Of a stretch of 64,000 nucleotides of DNA, positions 56,019 to 64,000 are shown piece after piece. Under the pieces are notes generated by a model, which was not told the DNA's origin, ran no database searches, and saw nothing but the letters and a program-made list of their open reading frames with translations. Source of the stretch: a virus; the IMG/VR virus record IMGVR_UViG_3300021479_000014, positions 1 to 64,000 of that record; one strand, written 5' to 3'. A program made the translations under genes and the position numbers. Position 1 is the first letter of the stretch; the number at the start of each line of letters is the position of its first letter.

Positions 56019-56821
56019 GACTAGCTTTCAGTTTGATGTGCGCATATGTGGAACGTTTTGGTAAACTACGGGAGAGTTTTCATTATAAAATAGGTGATCC
56101 AATTACTTCTTTTACCAAAAATGCGTTGACGAATCCACCATTTCAAAGATATTATTATTATGATTTTAATACTCCAGATTGGAATGTAGAATGGAAATGT
56201 TACAATCCATCAGAAGGATTAATTGATTTTTTCTCTATTCGCCAAGATGCTTTGGACATGTCACCACATGCAGATTTCATCTTTATGCTAGATGATGAAT
56301 TTGTATTCAAAGAAGGATCAACAGAAGTTATAAATCAATGTTGCAGATATTTATATGATAACCCAGATTGTGGCGCCATATATCTTGCTGGTAATTTTGG
56401 TGGCGAAGGTGATCATCACGGAGATGAAATATATATTACAAATAATAAACTTTTGAGTTTAAACCGCGGTATCGTGTTGCGCAACAAGCCTGTGAATATG
56501 GACAACCGTCTTCATGGATTAGGTTGGGCAGACGAAACTGTTATTGGCTTTACTAACTTGATACAAGGATATTATCTTGCCAGAAGGATGCATGTACCAA
56601 TTGAACATGATAGTATAAATTGGCTAAGTGAAGATAATAAAAATTTGAATTACAATACGAATTACATTATAAATGAAGGAATTGGAGCTGGAATCAACAG
56701 AACAATAGGAAGATGGAATAAACTTGATGTTTGGCCAGAAAATATATTTAACCTATATCGTCAAGCGGCGATGTTGAAAGGGTTCGTGCCTAAGTACGAT
56801 GTTGACGGGAGTGTACTATGA
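56015..56821 (+). CDS. putative GT-A glycosyltransferase-like protein
   Basis: SIRQDAL...ADFIFMLDDEFVF; GWADE. Confidence 0.55.
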   Translation: MRLAFSLMCAYVERFGKLRESFHYKIGDPITSFTKNALTNPPFQRYYYYDFNTPDWNVEWKCYNPSEGLIDFFSIRQDALDMSPHADFIFMLDDEFVFKEGSTEVINQCCRYLYDNPDCGAIYLAGNFGGEGDHHGDEIYITNNKLLSLNRGIVLRNKPVNMDNRLHGLGWADETVIGFTNLIQGYYLARRMHVPIEHDSINWLSEDNKNLNYNTNYIINEGIGAGINRTIGRWNKLDVWPENIFNLYRQAAMLKGFVPKYDVDGSVL

Positions 56822-57306
56822 CAGCAACGCGACAAGAAATCGTATCTCTGGTTGTTGGTGCATTTTTTGATGCTGAGAAATCACCAGCCCAAAGAAAGCT
56901 TAAAAGATTAGCTGAAGACGATGGTGTCGATCTTCAAAACAACAGAATAGCTTTTGCCGAATGGCTAGGCCAAAAGTTGAATGGTCAATCTGAACCTCAA
57001 CCTCAAACTCAGCAAAGGCCAAATAGTAGAGTTAAGGACAGATTCAAAAAACATTCTCCAAGAGAATGGATAGATACAAAGATGAAAGATAGCCCATGGG
57101 CTAAAGCAGGTTTTCAAGGTATGAATAATAGAGATGAGGCACAAGATGTCATTGATGGAAATGATGCCATATTAGGTTTTCCATCATATAGAGATTGTAC
57201 ATGGGAGGAATTAGAAAATGCGCCAGGTAATAGACCTGGATTTCTAATTAAGATGATCGTTGCACTCGAAAGCTTCAACGAAAAATACGCCTATATTAAA
57301 CGATGA
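56818..57306 (+). CDS. hypothetical protein
   Basis: Coupled ORF. Confidence 0.65.
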   Translation: MTATRQEIVSLVVGAFFDAEKSPAQRKLKRLAEDDGVDLQNNRIAFAEWLGQKLNGQSEPQPQTQQRPNSRVKDRFKKHSPREWIDTKMKDSPWAKAGFQGMNNRDEAQDVIDGNDAILGFPSYRDCTWEELENAPGNRPGFLIKMIVALESFNEKYAYIKR

Positions 57307-57836
57307 TAGCCACAGTCTTTGATACAGAAACTACAGGATTGATCATCAATCCAGCACGTTCTCTTGCGCTGCAACCAGAGATCATCTCTTTTGCAGCGCA
57401 AGAGTTCAATTTGATGACTGGTGAGAAATTTAATTCATTTTATAGAATATTCAAGCCAACTAGACCTATAAGTGAAGAGATAACAAAGATCACAGGATTT
57501 ACCAATGAGCAACTTGCTATAGAACCGCCAATAAAAGATAGTTTAGATGAGATAACTATAATGCTGGAAAAAGCAAATTTGCTTATTGGTCAAAATATTA
57601 CGTTTGATAAAGGTATGGTGGAATTAGAATTGAAACGATACGGTAAGAGAATTTTATGGCCAATGTCACTAGACTTAGTTGAGCATACTATCTATCTTAA
57701 AGGGTACAGATTGAGTTTAACTAATTTACATTTGGAGTTGTTTGGTGTAGGATTTGAGTCTGCGCACCAAGCCAATGTAGACGTTGATGCAACATATCGT
57801 TGTGCTGTGGAATTATACAAGCGAGGGTTACTGTGA
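57303..57836 (+). CDS. DnaQ-like 3'-5' exonuclease
   Basis: DTETTG, QNITFD, H.A..D. Confidence 0.9.
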   Translation: MIATVFDTETTGLIINPARSLALQPEIISFAAQEFNLMTGEKFNSFYRIFKPTRPISEEITKITGFTNEQLAIEPPIKDSLDEITIMLEKANLLIGQNITFDKGMVELELKRYGKRILWPMSLDLVEHTIYLKGYRLSLTNLHLELFGVGFESAHQANVDVDATYRCAVELYKRGLL

Positions 57837-60718
57837 GGATCAGGTCTGAGTATAGCTTTCGCTATGCTTATGGTAAACTACCAGACGTACATAATCGCGT
57901 TCTGGAAATGGATTGGAGTGCTTGTCCAATTAGTGATAGGATAAGCACATTCAGCTTTACCTCTTGGAATTTACTATGCGAACAAGTAAAAATGAAGCCA
58001 GTATTTGGTGTAGAATTAGGAGTCACATCTCTATTAGGTGTTAAGAGACCAGCTACATCTTTTTGGTCATTCTTTGCGCTCGATAAGTTGCGCACCATAA
58101 ATGAATTGGTATATCAGACTACAAATAAGCCAGGACATTATCCATTATTAGATTATGGAGAAGCTTGCACTACTATAGATATGATTAAGATAGCTGACAA
58201 TAAGGTCCAGTTACATGAAGTATATCCACATGATAATTTCTATATTGCACTGTCTCCATCAACGCCAATTGGATTATTTAGAGAAGCCAAATCTAGATGT
58301 TTTAACTTTATGGCATCATCAGATAATGTGTTTCCATATGTAGAGGATAGAATACCGTATCATACCATTCTCTATAAAAATGCTGAGACAGCATCCTATC
58401 CACAATACATCTTAACAGACGAAGAATGGCGCAAGTCTTTGCCATATGTCATAACAGATGAAGATGCACAACAGGCTATCAATAATAGAAATGAAGCTAT
58501 GTTGCGGTGCAATGCAGTCTTGCTCAAAGCTGATGTATTTAAGCCAAAGAACAATTTCTCATTAAGAGATATGTGTGAGGAAGGTGCGCGTGAATTAGGT
58601 GTAGATTTAAATGATCCTCTCTATGCAGAACGTATGGAGAGAGAATTAAAAATGATTTACGATAAAGGATTTCAAGATTATTTTTACATTGTGGCAGATA
58701 TGATGGCGTTTGCCAAGCAACACATGATAGTGGGGCCAGGCCGTGGATCATCAGCGGGTTCTTTGGTTTGTTATATTTGTGGCATTACAGCTGTTGATCC
58801 TCTTAGGTTCAATCTATTATTTGAAAGGTTCATCGACGTTACACGTACAGATCTTCCTGATATTGATCTTGATTTCAGCGATGTTAAGCGCCAGTTGGTT
58901 TTTGATTATATTCGTGACAAGTATGGAAATAACCATGTAGCGCGCTTAGGCTCAGTAATGAGTTATAAGCCTAAGTCCATCCTTAATACAGCTGGCGCTG
59001 CATTAGGTATACCAAAATGGCTATGTGATAAAGTAGCTGATACTTTGATCGAAAGATCTTCAGCTGATTCGCGTGCGCTGCAAACGTTTGAGGAAACCTT
59101 CTATGACACAGAAATAGGAAGGAAATTACTCAATGATTATCCAGAAATTTCTGCTGTTTTTGAAGTCGAAGATCATGCAACAAATGCAGGCCAGCATGCA
59201 GCCGGTATCGCCATTACTAGTGGTGAAGTATTGGACTATGTTGCTATTGATGGTCGCACTGGCGCAATCATGGCAGATAAGTACGATGCAGAGATTCTCA
59301 ATATTCTTAAAATCGACTGTCTGGGCCTTTCCCAGCTATCTATATTTGAACGCGCCTTGGAATTAATAGGAGAAAATCCAAAGAACGGATTTCTTGAAAT
59401 GCTGCCGTTAGATGATCAAACAGCATATGACGTTTTAAATAAGAAGCAATTCTCAGGTATATTCCAAGCAAATGGAAAAAGCTTGCAGATTTTGTTCCAA
59501 TCTATTCATACTGATAGATTTGATGATTTAGTAGCAATCACTTCTCTGTCGCGCCCAGGTCCAGTTGCCTCTGGCGGTGCTGTTCGTTGGACACGCAAGA
59601 GAATGGGAACAGAGCCAACAGTTTTTAAACATCCATTATTGGCGTCACATCTTGAAAGTACATATGGAGAAGTAGTCTATCAAGAACAGATTATGTCCAT
59701 TTGTAGAGATGTTGGGAAAATGCCTTTCTCTGAAATAGAGAAGGTTAGACGCGCCATGTCTAAGTCTCTGGGCGTAGAAGCCATTAAAGAATGGGGACAA
59801 TCATTCAAAAGAGGCGCGCTAGAGAATGGAATATCAGAAGAATTGATAGATGTTATTTGGGGAGAGTTGACGCAATTCGGAGCATGGGCTTTTAATAAAT
59901 CTCATGCACTATCTTATTCTCTTATCACATATTGGTGTTGCTGGCTTAAGGCGCATCATCCAGTAGAGTTTGCTGCGGCTACTCTTGATAATGAAGCAGA
60001 GCCTATGAAGCAATTGCATCTTCTACGCGAACTTGACATAGAAGGTATTAAATATAAGCCATTAGATGTTGAACATTCAATAGATAAATGGACAATTAAA
60101 GTAGAAGATGGTAAGAAAATTCTAGTTGGACCTTTGACAAATATCAAAGGCGTAGGTCCAGTTACTGTTCGCAAGATAATGGAATCACGCAACGGTGGTG
60201 CGCCACTAACGCCAGCAATCTTAGATAAATTGGCAATAGCATCAACAAAGATAGACTCATTAACGCCTATTAGTGATGCAATCAATAAGTTGCATCCAGA
60301 TTTAACTGCAATAAAAATCTTTTCTAGTCCAACTCCTATATCTGATTTGTATGCAGGATTAGATGGAGAATATATGATCTTTGGATTAGTCAAAAGAATA
60401 CAGCCTAGAGATGAGAATGACTTGCACTCGATAGCAAAAAGAGATGGCAGAAAGTTGGAAGGTCCATCTTGGAGTTTAAATCTGTTTATGCATGACGATA
60501 CAGATGAGATACTCTGTAAGATTGATAGATTTGATTACGAAACATCAGGAAAGAGAATTGAAGAAATAGGCGGACAAGGTGATGCGCTCTATGCCATAAA
60601 AGGCCGCATCCCACGCGGCTTTAGAATGATTTTAATATCAGGTATAAGATATTTGGGACGTATGTCTGATTTGGATATAAAAACGCCTAAGTATCAAGGA
60701 GCGGATCTGTTCGCATGA
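57833..60718 (+). CDS. dnaE: DNA polymerase III alpha subunit (family C)
   Basis: GPGRGSSAGS, PDIDLDF, HAAG, KIDCLGL, YQEQIM, FNKSH; GTGA overlap start. Confidence 0.95.
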   Translation: MRIRSEYSFRYAYGKLPDVHNRVLEMDWSACPISDRISTFSFTSWNLLCEQVKMKPVFGVELGVTSLLGVKRPATSFWSFFALDKLRTINELVYQTTNKPGHYPLLDYGEACTTIDMIKIADNKVQLHEVYPHDNFYIALSPSTPIGLFREAKSRCFNFMASSDNVFPYVEDRIPYHTILYKNAETASYPQYILTDEEWRKSLPYVITDEDAQQAINNRNEAMLRCNAVLLKADVFKPKNNFSLRDMCEEGARELGVDLNDPLYAERMERELKMIYDKGFQDYFYIVADMMAFAKQHMIVGPGRGSSAGSLVCYICGITAVDPLRFNLLFERFIDVTRTDLPDIDLDFSDVKRQLVFDYIRDKYGNNHVARLGSVMSYKPKSILNTAGAALGIPKWLCDKVADTLIERSSADSRALQTFEETFYDTEIGRKLLNDYPEISAVFEVEDHATNAGQHAAGIAITSGEVLDYVAIDGRTGAIMADKYDAEILNILKIDCLGLSQLSIFERALELIGENPKNGFLEMLPLDDQTAYDVLNKKQFSGIFQANGKSLQILFQSIHTDRFDDLVAITSLSRPGPVASGGAVRWTRKRMGTEPTVFKHPLLASHLESTYGEVVYQEQIMSICRDVGKMPFSEIEKVRRAMSKSLGVEAIKEWGQSFKRGALENGISEELIDVIWGELTQFGAWAFNKSHALSYSLITYWCCWLKAHHPVEFAAATLDNEAEPMKQLHLLRELDIEGIKYKPLDVEHSIDKWTIKVEDGKKILVGPLTNIKGVGPVTVRKIMESRNGGAPLTPAILDKLAIASTKIDSLTPISDAINKLHPDLTAIKIFSSPTPISDLYAGLDGEYMIFGLVKRIQPRDENDLHSIAKRDGRKLEGPSWSLNLFMHDDTDEILCKIDRFDYETSGKRIEEIGGQGDALYAIKGRIPRGFRMILISGIRYLGRMSDLDIKTPKYQGADLFA

Positions 60719-60897
60719 AAAATCATCCACGAATAGTCGATCCAGGACACACTCATCCAATTCGACAATTGACGCCTGAAGAAAGTGCTGCGTCTCAAAA
60801 GGAACACGGTTTTGATATAAATGAACATTTAGCTGCACTTCCAGAGAAAGTGCGTGACGATTATGCAAAAGCCATAAAGAGACAATCTAAAATATGA
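60715..60897 (+). CDS. hypothetical protein
   Basis: Coupled ORF. Confidence 0.55.
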   Translation: MKNHPRIVDPGHTHPIRQLTPEESAASQKEHGFDINEHLAALPEKVRDDYAKAIKRQSKI

Positions 60898-60999
60898 GAA
60901 TATTCATATGGTTATTCAGTCTGTCTTTGATAGGATTATGGCTTACAGCACTGATAATAGTGCTGTTTGTTCCAAAAGTTCATAAGCATTTGTCAATAG

Positions 61000-61215
61000 A
61001 TGGAGTGCAATATGAAAATATGTCCAAGATGCGGAGGTGAAAAGAAAACTAATAAAGGAATTTATTGTCAGCCTTGTGCTGTTCACATTGCTGCTGTAAA
61101 AGGTAAACTGTCAAAACAGGCTAAGAAAAGTTCAAGTAAAGGAGGACTTAAAGGTGGTCCTTCATCGAGAAAAGGTAAAGTCAAAATAACTTTGCCTCCA
61201 GTTGGGAAGAAATAA
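61000..61215 (+). CDS. basic Zn-finger protein
   Basis: CPRC..YCQPC. Confidence 0.6.
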   Translation: MECNMKICPRCGGEKKTNKGIYCQPCAVHIAAVKGKLSKQAKKSSSKGGLKGGPSSRKGKVKITLPPVGKK

Positions 61216-62930
61216 TGATACGAGTTGTTGCTGAAAATAGATATCTCACGGTCTATGGGCCATTTCCTTTAGATTTTTTGAAGGTATTGTCGCGCACCAG
61301 TGGACGTAAGATCTGGACCCAATCTAAGCAAGTTAGAGTGGAAGGTTCTGCATGGAATCTTAACATCTTAAAGAATAGTGGATTTGATTTAAATTTTGAA
61401 GATGCTACTAATGATATAAAAGAAATTGAAGAAATTAAGAATATGCTCACAATTGCTGATCCTATCAAACATAATTATCGTCCAAAACTTGCTCTTAAAG
61501 ATCATCAAGTAGAAGGATTGAACCTTAGTTGTTATCGTCATGCATTTGCTTGGTTCCTAGAAATGGGTCTAGGTAAGACTGCAATGGCTATTGCCAATTT
61601 TTGTATTTTATGGCTACAAAATACAATTGAAGCAGTTCTTATTTTAGCACCAAAAGGCGTACATAAGCAATGGATAGCAGAGGAAATTCCAAAACATATA
61701 GATCCAACTATTCCTCTAAACATGACATTATGGACAGCTGGCGCTGCATACGAATCATCAGAATTAAAGGTGCATGGTGCGCTCAATATCTTTGCCATGA
61801 ACATAGATTCAGTTAATACTAATGATGGTGATTTTGCAATTCGCCAATTTTTTAGTTTGTTTGGTGCTAAGTTCGATATGAAATATAGCAAGAAAGGAGA
61901 AAGATCATTCATAGTTGATAAGAAAAGCAAAGTAATGATGATTATTGATGAGTCTCATCAAATAGGAAATTATTCATCTAAAAGAACTCAAGAAACTATT
62001 GAGTTTGGTAAATTAACAGAATATAGAAGAATATTGACTGGAACTCCTATTGCCACAAGTCTACTTAATATTTGGTGTCAATTTATGTTTTTGGATAGTC
62101 GCATTATAGGTATTGATTATATCACGACATTTAAGTCGCGCTTCTGTGAGACTGGTGGCCATACAGGATATGATGTTATTGGCAGTAAGAATGTTGAAGA
62201 ATTCTATACTCTTATTGCATCACATTGTTATAGAAAGACCAAAAAAGAATGTCTGGATCTTCCAGATAAAATTTATGCTCAACGTACTTATGTGTTAGGA
62301 AATGAAACTCGTTGGCATTATGAAAATATTAAACAAGCTTTTATGACAAAATTAAAGTCAGGCAACGTAGTAGCGCCAGCTAATGCTCTCGCGTCTCTGG
62401 TGCGCCTCCAACAGATATGTTCAGGGTTTTTGCCAGACGAAAATGAGAATGAAATAGCAAGTAAGAGAGTTTATGAAATCTTCTCTTATGAGCGTGCAGA
62501 TATAGCTCTGGATATGGTTAAGCAAATTGAAGGTCAAGTTATTATATGGGCACGATTTATTCCTGATATCAAATGTATAAGGCATAAATTCCAGAAAGAT
62601 TTTGGAAAAGATATAGCTTTAATGGAAGAAAATGAACAATTTAAATCTGGTAAGAAAAAGATATTGCTCTCTAATCAAGCTAAAGGAATTGGCGGTAACT
62701 TACAAGAATCAGGTTGCACAAATATGATATTCTATAATAACAGTTTCAATTTGATACATAGATTGCAACCAGAAGATCGTGTCCATAGAATGGGTATGCG
62801 TGGTGCATTAACTATTTGGGATATAACCGCAGATAGAACAGTTGATAAAATTATTGCGGATAATTTAAAAGCCAAAAAAGATTTATCTCAATTCGTATTA
62901 GATGACATTCGGCAGATAATAGAGGCTTAA
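61215..62930 (+). CDS. SNF2-family helicase
   Basis: EMGLGKT, DESH, LTGTP, Q.EDR.HR.G. Confidence 0.92.
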   Translation: MIRVVAENRYLTVYGPFPLDFLKVLSRTSGRKIWTQSKQVRVEGSAWNLNILKNSGFDLNFEDATNDIKEIEEIKNMLTIADPIKHNYRPKLALKDHQVEGLNLSCYRHAFAWFLEMGLGKTAMAIANFCILWLQNTIEAVLILAPKGVHKQWIAEEIPKHIDPTIPLNMTLWTAGAAYESSELKVHGALNIFAMNIDSVNTNDGDFAIRQFFSLFGAKFDMKYSKKGERSFIVDKKSKVMMIIDESHQIGNYSSKRTQETIEFGKLTEYRRILTGTPIATSLLNIWCQFMFLDSRIIGIDYITTFKSRFCETGGHTGYDVIGSKNVEEFYTLIASHCYRKTKKECLDLPDKIYAQRTYVLGNETRWHYENIKQAFMTKLKSGNVVAPANALASLVRLQQICSGFLPDENENEIASKRVYEIFSYERADIALDMVKQIEGQVIIWARFIPDIKCIRHKFQKDFGKDIALMEENEQFKSGKKKILLSNQAKGIGGNLQESGCTNMIFYNNSFNLIHRLQPEDRVHRMGMRGALTIWDITADRTVDKIIADNLKAKKDLSQFVLDDIRQIIEA

Positions 62931-62991
62931 AGATGGTAATTAACCCTGATCAAACAGTAGAAAGAAAGTTGCTTTTCCTTCGCTTTTTTAG

Positions 62992-63020
62992 TTGCAATTG
63001 TCCGCGAAATGTGTTATACC
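62992..63020 (+). promoter_or_regulatory. sigma70-type promoter
   Basis: TTGCAA-17-TATACC with extended TG. Confidence 0.55.
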
Positions 63021-63072
63021 AGCGGTGTGAAGACGCTGTATAATCAACGTCTCTAGCAAGGAGAGCAGAGTA

Positions 63073-63912
63073 ATGGCTAAAATCTACCAGGTACGATACA
63101 CAGTTGCTGACAGCACTGTGGCGCACGAACACTATACTGAAAAAGGCGCCAAGGCTGACGCAAAGCAACTGTCCAAGGCTATCGGAAATGCGATGCTTGG
63201 AGAGATCGAGCGCGCAGAAGATGGCACAGACCTTATTCTACGTGTTTGGGAATATGCTGGCGGAGAACCAGGAAAGGCAATTCCAAAAGAAGGTTCACCT
63301 TCGGCAGTCAATGTAGTCAAGACCGCAGACGAAACGAAGTTGGCGGAAGGCACTATCGAAAAGAAGCCAAAAGCTCCGAAGAAAACTGACGAAGAGCGTA
63401 TCGCTGAAATTGCTGCCGACGCGCAGCGCAAACTTGATGAGATCGCTTCTGGTACCTTTGTTCTTCCAACTCGCGGTCGTCGCGTAGCTTCTGGCGAACC
63501 CAGAGCAGAACGTAAGCCCAAGACGCCTGATCTCGACAAGGCGAAGAAGTTCCAGGAGCTTATGGGCGCCTCGGAAGGCGTTGCCAAACTTCTTACGGAA
63601 ATTGGCGTTACGACGGTCAGCCGGCGCGCCAAGGTTGCGGTTATTGTTATGGACAACAATGGCCCTATCTTCGCTTCGCAGGTTGCTGAGCTCTACAACA
63701 CCAATCTTGATGAAGGCGAAATCAAGATTGAAGTCAAGGAAGTTATGGCGTGCGTTAACCACGTTGTGTACCTGCTTACGCGTGAAGAGAAGCCTTGGCG
63801 CATTACGGTTCGGCCGAAGGATGGCGGAGATAAGCGCCTGAACTTCGTTCCAATTCGTGTCGAATACGAGGACAATGACGACGAACCGGAAGCGGATCAA
63901 TCCGCTGCCTGA
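63073..63912 (+). CDS. hypothetical protein with C-terminal winged-helix-like domain
   Basis: AAGGAG RBS, GC-rich codons, EVMACVNHVVYLL helix, ends -SAA. Confidence 0.75.
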   Translation: MAKIYQVRYTVADSTVAHEHYTEKGAKADAKQLSKAIGNAMLGEIERAEDGTDLILRVWEYAGGEPGKAIPKEGSPSAVNVVKTADETKLAEGTIEKKPKAPKKTDEERIAEIAADAQRKLDEIASGTFVLPTRGRRVASGEPRAERKPKTPDLDKAKKFQELMGASEGVAKLLTEIGVTTVSRRAKVAVIVMDNNGPIFASQVAELYNTNLDEGEIKIEVKEVMACVNHVVYLLTREEKPWRITVRPKDGGDKRLNFVPIRVEYEDNDDEPEADQSAA

Positions 63913-63918
63913 AGACTT

Positions 63919-63948
63919 GGGGAGCGCCCTTGTGGCGCTCCTTCTTTT
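63919..63948 (+). terminator. intrinsic terminator
   Basis: GGGAGCGCC-CTTGT-GGCGCTCCT-TCTTTT. Confidence 0.8.
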
Positions 63949-64000
63949 ATGAGGCGAAAATGGACGCGTTTGACAAGATTAGATATTCTCCAATGGAGAA

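Noticed and set aside
57833-60718. Intein or intron in dnaE (terL and helicases also checked)
   Set aside because: Lengths are normal and no splicing or homing-endonuclease motifs were seen
63132-63900. 175-aa and 201-aa minus-strand ORFs
   Set aside because: Antisense shadows of the GC-rich 279-aa gene
1-64000. tRNA, tmRNA, integrase or lysis cassette
   Set aside because: None recognised by eye; they may lie outside the window, and tRNAscan/ARAGORN were not run

Overview
Part of a tailed dsDNA phage genome, probably a myovirus (sheath, tube and baseplate genes). The host is probably an alphaproteobacterium (two GTTC-N7-GTTC LexA boxes, DUF3309-like gene, C-terminal -AA tags). Bases 1-22018 (minus strand) are the morphogenesis operon: terminase large subunit, portal, Nudix-DUF2213 protease, major capsid, neck, sheath, tube, tape measure with two peptidoglycan hydrolase domains, and baseplate. 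From 22.4 kb: a NusG paralogue, small hypothetical genes, a GC-rich single-gene cassette at about 26.8-27.5 kb, helicase, displaced small terminase, and an early region with three type II hammerhead ribozymes and several other structured RNAs. A replication/nucleotide module follows: RepB-like primase, ligase, SSB, DUF5664, SDR, FAD oxidoreductase, divergent ThyX, HAD, two GT-A-like proteins, methyltransferase, DnaQ, DnaE and SNF2 helicase. Best candidate for a new system: a probable DNA hypermodification pathway, paired with a promoter-gene-terminator unit (winged-helix regulator) that has no TGA/TCA over about 720 bp while its flanks are packed with TGA/TCA. This suggests a modification-free immediate-early cassette. 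No integrase, tRNA, CRISPR array or lysis genes were recognised. All family calls are by eye from motifs; no searches were run and counts are manual.
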